This document shows positions 27,415 through 35,732 of a stretch of DNA of 46,260 bases, one piece after another. The stretch is from contig JAQTZF010000001.1 of assembly GCA_028687915.1 (NCBI GenBank), positions 167,969 to 214,228 of the forward strand, read 5' to 3'. Position 1 is the stretch's first letter; every line of letters starts with the position of its first letter. The position numbers were made by a program, and so were the translations under genes. Under the pieces are notes generated by a model. That model ran no database searches. It worked only from the letters and a program-made list of their open reading frames with translations, and was not told where the DNA came from. Source of the DNA: Candidatus Daviesbacteria bacterium. Lineage in GTDB: Bacteria > Patescibacteriota > Microgenomatia > Daviesbacterales > UBA10151.

Positions 27415-29366
27415 TTATCATCATCTGCAAGAGTTGAAATATCTTCATCAGCTGCATTTAAAAATTGATCCCGATCCTGGTAATTGGTATTTGAAAGAAC
27501 TAAGTCTTCCGGCAGATCAAGGATAAATCTTGATACCAGATTAGAACTTCTGGTTCCAAAAAACAATCGCTGTCTGGTATAGGTCATATAAAGGTGATTT
27601 TTGGCGCGAGTGATACCTACATAGCAGAGTCTTCTTTCTTCCTCCATTTCAGCTGGATCAAGGAGGCAGCGAGAATGGGGGAATAACCCTTCTTCCATTC
27701 CAACCATAAACACAACTGGCCATTCCAGGCCTTTGGCCTGATGAAGGGTGGTTAATGTAACAGCGTCCTGGGCATCTTTTTTTAACCGTTTAGATTTTTT
27801 ATTTTTTTCATCTGTGGAAAATTCACTTTGGACTAAGGTCACAGTTTCTAAAAATTGCATAAGGTTAGGAAATTCTTCTGCTACTGATCCTAATTCTTTT
27901 ACATTTTCTATTCTTGCGGAACCAACATCTGTACCATCATCTATATAATCGATATATCCTGTAACCTCAATGATTTGATTCATTAATTCTAGGGTGGTGA
28001 GTTTTTCTAAGTCTGGTTTTATTTTATCTATTAGCCCCCAAAATTTATTTGCCCTATTTTTACCAATTTTTTCAATTCTATTAATTGATAAAGAATCTTC
28101 AGGTGTAATTACTAAACGTAAATATGCCAATATATCTTTAATTTCTTTTCTTTCATAAAACCTCGTACCTCCGACTAAAACATAAGGAATACCGCTTTTT
28201 AAAAATATTTCTTCCAAAGCTCTTGATTGGGCATTGGTACGATAAAGCACAGCGAAAGAGTTCATGGTTAATGGTTCACGGTTCACAGCAGGAGTGCTTA
28301 AAAGTTGCTTAATAGTTGAAACAACAAACAATCCTTCTTCTGTTTCATTTCTAGTTTCTGCTAATTGAATTCTTTCACCACCACTTTTATCAGTCCATAA
28401 CTTTAAGATAGGATGAGTTTGGTTTTTGGAAATTACAGAATATGCTGCATCTAAAATATTTTGAGTAGAGCGGTAGTTTTGTTCTAAGTTAAACACTTTA
28501 ACATTGGGATAATCTTTTTGAAAATTAACAATGTTTCGAAAATCTGCCCCACGGAATGCATAAATTGATTGTGAAGCATCTCCCACAACGCAGAGATTTT
28601 TATAACGGTTGGCTAAAAGTTTTGTTAAAAGATATTGGACTGCATTAGTGTCTTGATACTCATCAACTAAAATATAACGGAATTGGATTTGATATTTAGT
28701 CAACACCTCAGGGAAATTTTGAAAAAGGTTAACTGTTAAGAGTAGTAAGTCGTCAAAATCAACTGCCTTATTTTTGGATAGAATTTTTTGATACTCCAAA
28801 TAAATTTTAGCTACAGTTTCCTGAAAATATCCTCTGGCATATTGAGGGTATTCTAAAGCAGAAATCATCTCATTTTTGGCTCCAGAGATGGTGTTACGGA
28901 TAGAAGAGGGAGAGCTTTTTTGAGTAGATAGATTAAGAGTTGCCATGGCTTCTTTGACTGCGTCTACAGCATCATTTTCATCATAGATAGTAAAAGTTGG
29001 AGATAAGCCTAAATAACTACCTTCCTTTCGCAAAATTCTGGCACAAAGAGAGTGGAAAGTTCCCATAATGGGTTGAGAGCTTTTGGAATAATCGCCCAAA
29101 AGACTTAATATTCTTTTTTTCATTTCCTCACTGGCTTTATTGGTGAAAGTGACCATAAGAATATTTTCTGGAGGAACTTTTTTTACCTGGATTAAATAAG
29201 CTACACGGTGGGTTAAGGCTTTAGTTTTACCGGAACCAGCCCCTGCTAAAATTAAAGTAGGTCCTTCGGTATTTTCAACAGCCTGACGCTGAATTGGATT
29301 TAGATCATCTAAAAGGGAATTGGGCATAAGTTTTTGTATCTTAACATCAACCATAAATATTGACAA
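27399..29366 (-). CDS. pcrA: ATP-dependent DNA helicase UvrD/PcrA
   Basis: LNPIQRQAVENTEGPTLILAGAGSGKTKALTHRVAYLI (motifs Q and I), DEYQDTN (motif II), plus YRS and TLHQAKGLEW motifs. The track start is TTG 29366; ATG 29354 or 29327 are alternative starts. Confidence 0.9.
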   Translation of the reverse strand: MSIFMVDVKIQKLMPNSLLDDLNPIQRQAVENTEGPTLILAGAGSGKTKALTHRVAYLIQVKKVPPENILMVTFTNKASEEMKKRILSLLGDYSKSSQPIMGTFHSLCARILRKEGSYLGLSPTFTIYDENDAVDAVKEAMATLNLSTQKSSPSSIRNTISGAKNEMISALEYPQYARGYFQETVAKIYLEYQKILSKNKAVDFDDLLLLTVNLFQNFPEVLTKYQIQFRYILVDEYQDTNAVQYLLTKLLANRYKNLCVVGDASQSIYAFRGADFRNIVNFQKDYPNVKVFNLEQNYRSTQNILDAAYSVISKNQTHPILKLWTDKSGGERIQLAETRNETEEGLFVVSTIKQLLSTPAVNREPLTMNSFAVLYRTNAQSRALEEIFLKSGIPYVLVGGTRFYERKEIKDILAYLRLVITPEDSLSINRIEKIGKNRANKFWGLIDKIKPDLEKLTTLELMNQIIEVTGYIDYIDDGTDVGSARIENVKELGSVAEEFPNLMQFLETVTLVQSEFSTDEKNKKSKRLKKDAQDAVTLTTLHQAKGLEWPVVFMVGMEEGLFPHSRCLLDPAEMEEERRLCYVGITRAKNHLYMTYTRQRLFFGTRSSNLVSRFILDLPEDLVLSNTNYQDRDQFLNAADEDISTLADDDKWLNE

Positions 29367-29413
29367 AGCCCTATAGTAACATCTAAGATTGGAGTCAAAT
29401 GGTAGGCAGTAAT

Positions 29414-29743
29414 TTATTTCGAATTCCTACTTTGGGAAAAAGTAGCGATGGCTTCTTCCAGTGTTGGTATTGTAAAATTTGCAAACTTCGACCAGTCAAT
29501 ACTTTTACCGCTGTCCTGACCCAAAACACAGCCAAATTTTTCACTGGTTTCAAGCCAGGCGTTTGAAGAGCTGATACTGCTGTTTGAGGTAGCTAGAGTT
29601 TGGTTAGTTGGCGATCCATTTTTGGTGTATAATTTTTTACAATATCCCCATGGTTCACCATCGTGTTTTTTGGTGATTGGAAAAGCAAATTCCCAATTTA
29701 TACATTTTCCACACAAAGTATACTCTTTTTGATTCTCCGTCAT
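29414..29743 (-). CDS. hypothetical protein (109 aa)
   Basis: Clean ORF with no motif recognised. Confidence 0.4.
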   Translation of the reverse strand: MTENQKEYTLCGKCINWEFAFPITKKHDGEPWGYCKKLYTKNGSPTNQTLATSNSSISSSNAWLETSEKFGCVLGQDSGKSIDWSKFANFTIPTLEEAIATFSQSRNSK

Positions 29744-29802
29744 ACTTTATATATTTACTTTATACTTATAGTAATATCAAGTCTTTACAAATCTGTTTTG
29801 AG

Positions 29803-29811
29803 TGATATTAT
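29803..29811 (+). promoter_or_regulatory. extended -10 TGaTATTAT with TTTACA -35 (29784-29789), 8 nt upstream of ATG 29820
   Basis: The sequence reads TTTACA-16 nt-TGATATTAT-tttagtct-ATG. Confidence 0.5.
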
Positions 29812-29819
29812 TTTAGTCT

Positions 29820-30080
29820 ATGAAAACTAAGTTACTGGATTTTTGGGCTCCATGGTGTGGTCCCTGTAATATGATGAAGCCAGTTATAGAAGAACTGGAA
29901 AAAGAATTAGGGGGTAAAGTAGAAGTTGTGAAGATTAATGTGGATGAAGATCAGCAGACTGCTTCTAAATATGGAGTAATGGGTATCCCAACATTCGTAA
30001 TAGAAAAAGATGGCAAAGAAGTTGGAAGAAAAACCGGTTTTTGTGCTAAAGAAGAACTATTAAAGTTAATTAATGGTTAG
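29820..30080 (+). CDS. thioredoxin (short, 86 aa)
   Basis: FWAPWCGPC active site and GIPTF cis-Pro loop. Only 13 residues precede the CGPC motif. Confidence 0.85.
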   Translation: MKTKLLDFWAPWCGPCNMMKPVIEELEKELGGKVEVVKINVDEDQQTASKYGVMGIPTFVIEKDGKEVGRKTGFCAKEELLKLING

Positions 30081-30405
30081 TTTGGATAAACCGGAATTAA
30101 CAAATTTTAAACAAAAAGTTATTCAGATTGTCAAAAAAATTCCCAGAGGAAAAGTTACAACTTATGGTACTGTTTCTACTTTAGCAGGTAACTTAAGAGG
30201 GGCTAGAATGGTGGGTGGAATATTACATTTTAATTCTGATAAATATGATTTGCCTTGGCACAGAGTAATTAATCGCGAAGGGTACATTTCAATTAAAAGA
30301 CTTGAATATCCAAAAGAATTACAAAAGGCATTATTACAGCAAGAGGGTATAGAAGTTTCTGAGGGTTTCATTGTAAACTTAAAAAAGTACGGATGGTGGG
30401 GTTAA
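30073..30405 (+). CDS. MGMT-family DNA-binding protein, alkyltransferase-like (ATL; active-site Cys replaced by Trp)
   Basis: IPRGKVTTYG and LPWHRVINREGYIS. The motif is PWHRV rather than the catalytic PCHRV. Confidence 0.8.
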   Translation: MVSLDKPELTNFKQKVIQIVKKIPRGKVTTYGTVSTLAGNLRGARMVGGILHFNSDKYDLPWHRVINREGYISIKRLEYPKELQKALLQQEGIEVSEGFIVNLKKYGWWG

Positions 30406-30408
30406 AAT

Positions 30409-31074
30409 ATGTGGATTATTGCAAATTGGAAATCAAATAAAAATATTACTGAAGCCCTGTCCTGGGTTGATGAAGTTGGTCCTCAAATACCTCGTAATGA
30501 GGCTTTAAAAGTGGTAGTTTGTCCAACAGTTATGTGTATAGAAGATGTAAAGAAGGCAGTGATTGTTAATGGATATCATTTAACGGTAGGAGCTCAGGAT
30601 TTATCTTCATTTGATGAGGGTGCTTATACCGGAGAAGAAGCAGCCAGGATTTTAAAAGATGTAGTTGATATATCAATTTTAGGACACTCTGAAAGAAGAC
30701 AGCATTTTAATGAAACAGACGAGACAGTTGCAGAGAAAGTCGCCCAAGCTAAACAATACAATATTGAATCACTTGTTTGTTGCCAGGATGAAAATACTCC
30801 TGTTCCCTTAGGAGTTAAACTTGTAGCTTATGAACCAGTTTTTGCTATTGGTACTGGTACACCTGATACTCCACAAAATGCCAATAACGTGGCTAAACTA
30901 TTAAAAGATAAACATGGAAGTGAATTAGAAGTTTTATATGGTGGTTCAGTGACGTCTGAAAATGCAAAAGCATATCTTTCTCAGGAGAATATTTCAGGAT
31001 TATTAATTGGTAAATCTTCTTTGGACACTACTGAGTTTATTAAAATAGTTGAAATTGCAGACAATCTTTTGTAA
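30409..31074 (+). CDS. tpiA: triose-phosphate isomerase
   Basis: IANWKSNK, LGHSERR, VAYEPVFAIGTG and YGGSV motifs. Confidence 0.88.
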   Translation: MWIIANWKSNKNITEALSWVDEVGPQIPRNEALKVVVCPTVMCIEDVKKAVIVNGYHLTVGAQDLSSFDEGAYTGEEAARILKDVVDISILGHSERRQHFNETDETVAEKVAQAKQYNIESLVCCQDENTPVPLGVKLVAYEPVFAIGTGTPDTPQNANNVAKLLKDKHGSELEVLYGGSVTSENAKAYLSQENISGLLIGKSSLDTTEFIKIVEIADNLL

Positions 31075-31079
31075 TTTTC

Positions 31080-32336
31080 ATGGCTGATATAAAATCATTA
31101 CAATTAAATACTCATCATGATGATCAAGTTGGTGCTGAAAAACTTTCTAAAAAGAAAAACAACAGGAAAAAAATAAACAGGTTACTATTTTTGGCTGTTG
31201 TAGCTTTATTTGTAGGGGCTTTTTTTTGGAAAAATCCCACTACTACTTCTGTACTTCGTTATGTAACAGGCCAGAGAAGTTCTTTGCAAATAGAAAATGG
31301 GAAAGTAAATGTTTTACTTTTAGGTATGGCAGGGGGTACACATGATGGTGCAAATCTTACTGATACTATAATAATAGCTTCTTTTGATATTAAAACTAAC
31401 ACAGTAAGCCTTATTTCTTTGCCTCGGGATTTATGGTTAGAAAATGCAAAGTCTAAAGTAAATGCATTATATGAAAAAAAATCAGATGGAAATAGCGGAT
31501 TAAAATATGCAGAAGAAAATTTTGGTTATATTGTAGGTTTTAATATTCCTTATGCTGTTAGGATGGATTTTTCAGGGTTTATCAAAGCAATTGATCTCCT
31601 GGATGGAATAGATGTGATGGTAGCAAATAGTTTTGATGATTATATTTATCCAGTAGAAGGAAAGGAAAATGATTATTGTGGATTATCAGAAAAAATGATG
31701 GATTTATCTGAATCGCAGGCAAAAGAACTGGGAGTTCAATCAGGTAGCCATCAGGTTTTAATTGCTGAAGATTCTAAAATTGTGGCTGCTTCAATAGAAG
31801 TTGGAGGTAAAATTAGTTATTCTGAAGATAATGTAGCAACATATTTTCCCTGTCGGTATGAACATATTTCCTTTAAAAAAGGCTTAATGCATTTAGATGG
31901 AACAACAGCTTTAAAATTTGTGCGATCAAGGCATGGAACAGACAATGAGGGTTCGGATTTTGCCCGGTCACGCAGACAACAATTGGTTTTACAGGCTTTT
32001 AAACAAAAAGTACTATCACTTGGAACATTGACAAATATTAATAAAATCACAGGACTGATTAAAACGTTTGGTGATAGTGTAGAAACTGATATTCCAGAGT
32101 CACAATACTTAGAATTAGCAAGTTTAATTAAAGGAACACAGGAAGTAAGGTCAACAGTTTTAAGCAGTGAAGGAAAAAACCCTTTATTAGTTAATCCTCC
32201 TGTTAGTGATTATGGAGCCTGGGTTTTAATTCCACCTAGTAATGATTTTACTGCCATCCATAATCATTTAAATGATTTTATAAATCAGATAGATACAAGT
32301 ACAAAGTCCGCACAAATAAAAACTACAGCACCATGA
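31080..32336 (+). CDS. LCP family (LytR-CpsA-Psr) cell-wall glycopolymer transferase
   Basis: TM anchor followed by NVLLLGMAGGTHDGANLTDTIIIASFD...VSLISLPRDLW, ALKFVRSRH and RSRRQQ motifs. Confidence 0.85.
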   Translation: MADIKSLQLNTHHDDQVGAEKLSKKKNNRKKINRLLFLAVVALFVGAFFWKNPTTTSVLRYVTGQRSSLQIENGKVNVLLLGMAGGTHDGANLTDTIIIASFDIKTNTVSLISLPRDLWLENAKSKVNALYEKKSDGNSGLKYAEENFGYIVGFNIPYAVRMDFSGFIKAIDLLDGIDVMVANSFDDYIYPVEGKENDYCGLSEKMMDLSESQAKELGVQSGSHQVLIAEDSKIVAASIEVGGKISYSEDNVATYFPCRYEHISFKKGLMHLDGTTALKFVRSRHGTDNEGSDFARSRRQQLVLQAFKQKVLSLGTLTNINKITGLIKTFGDSVETDIPESQYLELASLIKGTQEVRSTVLSSEGKNPLLVNPPVSDYGAWVLIPPSNDFTAIHNHLNDFINQIDTSTKSAQIKTTAP

Positions 32337-33001
32337 AGATTGTTGTTTTAGCAGGTCCGGGTGAGGTAAATAAGCGCTCAGAGATGTTAAGCCTAAAACA
32401 AAAATTTCAAAGTGATGCAATCTATTCTTTTGATCTATCATCAGGAAATTTGAAAGATATAGAACAATGTTTAACCTCTCAGTCTTTATTTAATAACCTG
32501 GAGAAGCTTCTAATTGTTGAAAATACTCCAGATGATTTAGATTTAAAAAAGCTGGTAAAGAAAGATAATACAGCAACTATGCTTTTTTTAGCCTCGAATC
32601 CAAAAGCTGTTTCTAAATTATTAACAAGTGCTAAAGAGATAAATGCTAAAATTATGAATTTTGAGGCAGAAAAAGAAATTTCTGCTTTTTCCTACTTAGA
32701 TGCTTTAATAGAGGGAAGACAGGAAGCTTTTGAGGAGATGCAAAAGCTGTTAAACATTTATGGGGGGATGTATGTTTTGGCAATGATTTATTATTTATTA
32801 CGCCGAAATATGTTACCCATGCCTGCTTCAACCTTTATGCAAAAGAAAATTAAAGCTCAAAAGCAGAAGCTTACAAAGATTGATTTTGAAAACTTATATC
32901 AAATGATCATTAAAACTGATTTTTCTATCAAGTCAGGTAATTTGCCGGAGAATATTGCTATTGTAACTCTTACACAAAAGTTTGTGAATTATTTAAGGTA
33001 A
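32333..33001 (+). CDS. possible DNA polymerase III delta subunit (HolA-like), short
   Basis: The layout resembles HolA. It has an N-terminal Rossmann-like segment (KIVVLAGPGE..., LLIVEN) and a helical segment (AFSYLDALIEGRQEAFEEMQKLLNIYGGMYVLAMIYYLLRRNM). The call is weak and rests on motifs only. Confidence 0.4.
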   Translation: MKIVVLAGPGEVNKRSEMLSLKQKFQSDAIYSFDLSSGNLKDIEQCLTSQSLFNNLEKLLIVENTPDDLDLKKLVKKDNTATMLFLASNPKAVSKLLTSAKEINAKIMNFEAEKEISAFSYLDALIEGRQEAFEEMQKLLNIYGGMYVLAMIYYLLRRNMLPMPASTFMQKKIKAQKQKLTKIDFENLYQMIIKTDFSIKSGNLPENIAIVTLTQKFVNYLR

Positions 33002-33954
33002 GGTAAAAGTAAGTTTGCATCTTTTTGATCAATAACTTTATCATTATTTAGATCTGCTTTTGGGTTTTTTGTTTTATCAGAAAGTGATCCAAAGTTTTGT
33101 AGAATAAGACTTAAGTCAGTGAAATTAATAACACCATCACTGTTTGTATCAAATTTAACCATTTCAGCTGATAAAGAAGATGTTTTTGGAGTTATTTGTG
33201 GAGTTGTTTTATTGATTTGTGTTAAATCAACACTGGTTCCAAGTTTAATAGGGGGTAGGGATGTTTCTTGTGGTGGAATCAGAACAGTGGCTTCTGCTGT
33301 TGAAGCTATCCCTAGAATGTCCAGTTTAGCTTGAGTGGAAGATTGTGTTGTTGAGTTTTGTAATCTAATTCCTGATAATGGCAAAATAAAATTACCTCCT
33401 GTTTTGGTAATTGTTGCTAGTTTTTGTGCTTCAGGTAAATTTAAGATAATTATTGCTTCATCTAAAACAGAATTATTTTCATTGATAATCGTTCCTACTA
33501 AAGGTGGCCAATTAACACTTTGTGCTTCAGCAATAGTTTTAAAATTTAATGCTTCTTTTGGATATGTAATAGCTCCCGAATAAATTTGATAATAATAAGT
33601 TGTTTCAGGTTGTAAGTTAGTTAGAGTTACAAAATGGAGCTTATGAGGTGCTGGTGAAGCGAGATCCCTATCATCTAAAAAAAGTTTTCTTTCTTGTTGA
33701 GCAATTCCGGCTTTGATAAATCCGGTAGTTTGTTCATCAGTTTGCCAATAAATAGAGACTGAAGTGCTGTTTATGTTAACAACATTGACATTCTTAGGTT
33801 CAGAAGAGACTGCAGCTTTAGATTTTAGAGTTTGATTTTGGGTTACCAAAAATACTCCACCTACCAAACCAATAAGTAAAACTCCCATCCCTAAAAGAGT
33901 AGGAATCTTAATAATACCGTTATTTACTTTTGTGAAATAGAGTTTAAAGGTCAT
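32989..33954 (-). CDS. membrane-anchored surface protein with FN3-like domain and C-terminal dockerin-type repeats
   Basis: TM anchor, then an FN3/PAP-N-like segment (PKNVNVVNINSTSVSIYWQTDEQTTG...LTNLQPETTYYYQIYSG). The C-terminus has two Ca-binding repeats (DTNSDGVINFTDLSLIL; DLNNDKVIDQKDANLLL). Confidence 0.6.
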   Translation of the reverse strand: MTFKLYFTKVNNGIIKIPTLLGMGVLLIGLVGGVFLVTQNQTLKSKAAVSSEPKNVNVVNINSTSVSIYWQTDEQTTGFIKAGIAQQERKLFLDDRDLASPAPHKLHFVTLTNLQPETTYYYQIYSGAITYPKEALNFKTIAEAQSVNWPPLVGTIINENNSVLDEAIIILNLPEAQKLATITKTGGNFILPLSGIRLQNSTTQSSTQAKLDILGIASTAEATVLIPPQETSLPPIKLGTSVDLTQINKTTPQITPKTSSLSAEMVKFDTNSDGVINFTDLSLILQNFGSLSDKTKNPKADLNNDKVIDQKDANLLLPYLK

Positions 33955-34117
33955 TGATTACTTTTATATCAAAATTAGGATTTATTGGCTCTGTTAAGCT
34001 TTGAACTTCAGGTGAAATTTGGTTTTTTCTTTGGGAATGAATAACTTCTGTTGTAAGCCAAATTAGGGCAGTTATAAATGTAGCAATTACGATATATAAA
34101 AAATATTTTCCTGACAT
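33944..34117 (-). CDS. small single-TM ORF (57 aa), below the ORF-track threshold
   Basis: My translation is MSGKYFLYIVIATFITALIWLTTEVIHSQRKNQISPEVQSLTEPINPNFDIKVINDL*. It starts 2 nt after the pilO-like stop. Its 3' end overlaps the start of the FN3/dockerin gene by 11 nt. Confidence 0.35.
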   Translation of the reverse strand: MSGKYFLYIVIATFITALIWLTTEVIHSQRKNQISPEVQSLTEPINPNFDIKVINDL

Positions 34118-34119
34118 AT

Positions 34120-34722
34120 TTATTGTTTTAAATAATAACCTTTTCCAGTAATTGAAAGTGAAGTTCCGCCTTCGGCTGATTTATTAATTACTGCGTTTGT
34201 TAAATTAATAAATCTGGATGTCTTATTAAGGTTTTCTAAGATCGACAGCAGTTGGGTGTATGATCCTTGTGTATTAAGGGAAAAGGCAATTTCATCGATA
34301 CTTTGTTTTGAATTTGGGTCTGTAGCATTTGTATAGATTGTAACAGGTTGAACTTGCAATGCAGATACTGATGCTATATTTGCAGCTGATGTTTGTAAAT
34401 TGTTAATCAGATTTGTGATACCCGGGTCTTTTGGAAGTCTGTTATTAATCTTAACTAATAAATCTGGATCTAAATTTTCAATGTTTCTTTTACCTGTAGT
34501 TAGATCTTCTGACTTTTTTTGTAAGCTGACTAAAACTGCTTGGTTATCTTGAATACTTTTTTGTAATTCAATAATTGTCACTATTGTTGGTCTGATGGCA
34601 AAAATAATAAATATTATTAAAGATGCTAAGCTAAAAATATAAGGAGCAAAAGATCTGACATACTTATTGGTAATTACAGGCTTAATATAAACGTAATATC
34701 TGGAATATTTAGATGTTGCCAT
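34120..34722 (-). CDS. PilO-like type IV pilus assembly protein
   Basis: Short cytoplasmic N-terminus, one TM segment, a coiled coil (ELQKSIQDNQAVLVSLQKKSEDL), and a C-terminal ferredoxin-like segment (GSYTQLLSILENLNKTSRFINLTNAVI...LSITGKGYY). Confidence 0.55.
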   Translation of the reverse strand: MATSKYSRYYVYIKPVITNKYVRSFAPYIFSLASLIIFIIFAIRPTIVTIIELQKSIQDNQAVLVSLQKKSEDLTTGKRNIENLDPDLLVKINNRLPKDPGITNLINNLQTSAANIASVSALQVQPVTIYTNATDPNSKQSIDEIAFSLNTQGSYTQLLSILENLNKTSRFINLTNAVINKSAEGGTSLSITGKGYYLKQ

Positions 34723-34724
34723 TG

Positions 34725-35309
34725 TTAGTTTGTCCTGCCTTTTGTACTAGCCAGAGTGCCTGTAATAGTGAACGTTGTTTGGTTTTCAAAAGAGATATTA
34801 GTTAAATTAATATCAGAAAAATTCGGATTTTTTTGGAGCTCTTTAATAAAGATAGAAAGTTCCATATTTGAGGGGGATTGTCCTGTTAAGGAAATGGTTG
34901 TTTTGGGATATGTTTGACTGCGGTCAAAAGATATATTAGTTAACTTAATGCTTTGAGGAATAATTTTGGAAAGATTATTTAGCGGTGAAATAAAATCAGC
35001 TTTTTCACTTTTTAATTTTGAAATACTATTAATTTGAAACTGAGTATTTTTAATAAGCAATTCATCTGCTTTAAGACTTTTGATATAAGGTATTTTTTGA
35101 TTGTTTATTTGATCCTGTAAGTCAGATAAGTCACCATCTAATTTATAGCGGTATACAAAAGCACTGATTGTGATTATCTCCACAAAAATGACAATAAATT
35201 TTCCTGATGAAAGGGCCCATTTAATTAATTTAGAATAAAGTTTTTCTTTCTCACCATGATGAACTAAAAGATTTATATTAAACAGGCTTGGTATCTTTGA
35301 GGCAGACAT
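34725..35309 (-). CDS. PilN-like type IV pilus assembly protein
   Basis: N-terminal INLL motif (SLFNINLLVH), one TM segment, a coiled coil, and a C-terminal ISLTGQSPSNMELSIFIKELQKNPNFSDINLTNISF segment. Confidence 0.55.
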   Translation of the reverse strand: MSASKIPSLFNINLLVHHGEKEKLYSKLIKWALSSGKFIVIFVEIITISAFVYRYKLDGDLSDLQDQINNQKIPYIKSLKADELLIKNTQFQINSISKLKSEKADFISPLNNLSKIIPQSIKLTNISFDRSQTYPKTTISLTGQSPSNMELSIFIKELQKNPNFSDINLTNISFENQTTFTITGTLASTKGRTN

Positions 35310-35355
35310 ATTACTAGTTTAGTATAAACTTCTGCGTAGGTCTAGGAGCCGACTT

Positions 35356-35595
35356 TTATTTGGAAGCGAGTAGTTTAGATAATCTTGATTTTAATCTTGA
35401 AGCTTTGTTTTTGTGAATTAATTTTACTTTGGCTGCTTTATCTAACGCTGAGAAAGCAGCAGTTAAGTTTTTTGCCACCGGGCTTCTTCTGGTAGTTTTA
35501 ACGGCTGTCTTCACGCTTTGTGCCCGCTTTTTATTGCGAGCTGTTCTGACTTTATCTTTTCTAACCTTTTTAATAGCTGATTTAATAATTGGCAT
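35356..35595 (-). CDS. rpsT: 30S ribosomal protein S20
   Basis: MPIIKSAIKKVRKDKVRTARNKKRAQSVKTAVK..., a basic protein of 79 aa. The SD motif AAGGA sits upstream of the ATG. Confidence 0.92.
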   Translation of the reverse strand: MPIIKSAIKKVRKDKVRTARNKKRAQSVKTAVKTTRRSPVAKNLTAAFSALDKAAKVKLIHKNKASRLKSRLSKLLASK

Positions 35596-35716
35596 TTTAT
35601 TTTTTCCTTTGAAATGCTAATTTCAAGCTTTGCTTAAGACGAAGTCGCAAGCAATGCTTATAATTGGCATTGTGCTTGGTATGGTATCACAGGTATAGCG
35701 CTTTCGCAAGCTACTC

Positions 35717-35725
35717 TGCTACAAT
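35717..35725 (+). promoter_or_regulatory. extended -10 TGcTACAAT, 7 nt upstream of the murJ ATG 35733
   Basis: The sequence reads TGCTACAAT-ttcaact-ATG. Confidence 0.5.
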
Positions 35726-35732
35726 TTCAACT

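Noticed and set aside
35611-35680. Small hairpins in the rpsT/murJ divergent region (TTGCTT-N13-AAGCAA at 35629-35653; GAAAT-gcta-ATTTC at 35611-35624; GCAATGC-N9-GCATTG at 35651-35672) as a possible S20 autoregulatory leader
   Set aside because: The stems are only 5-7 bp in AT-rich DNA and I cannot evaluate their conservation. They are plausible but unsupported without covariation or transcription-start data.
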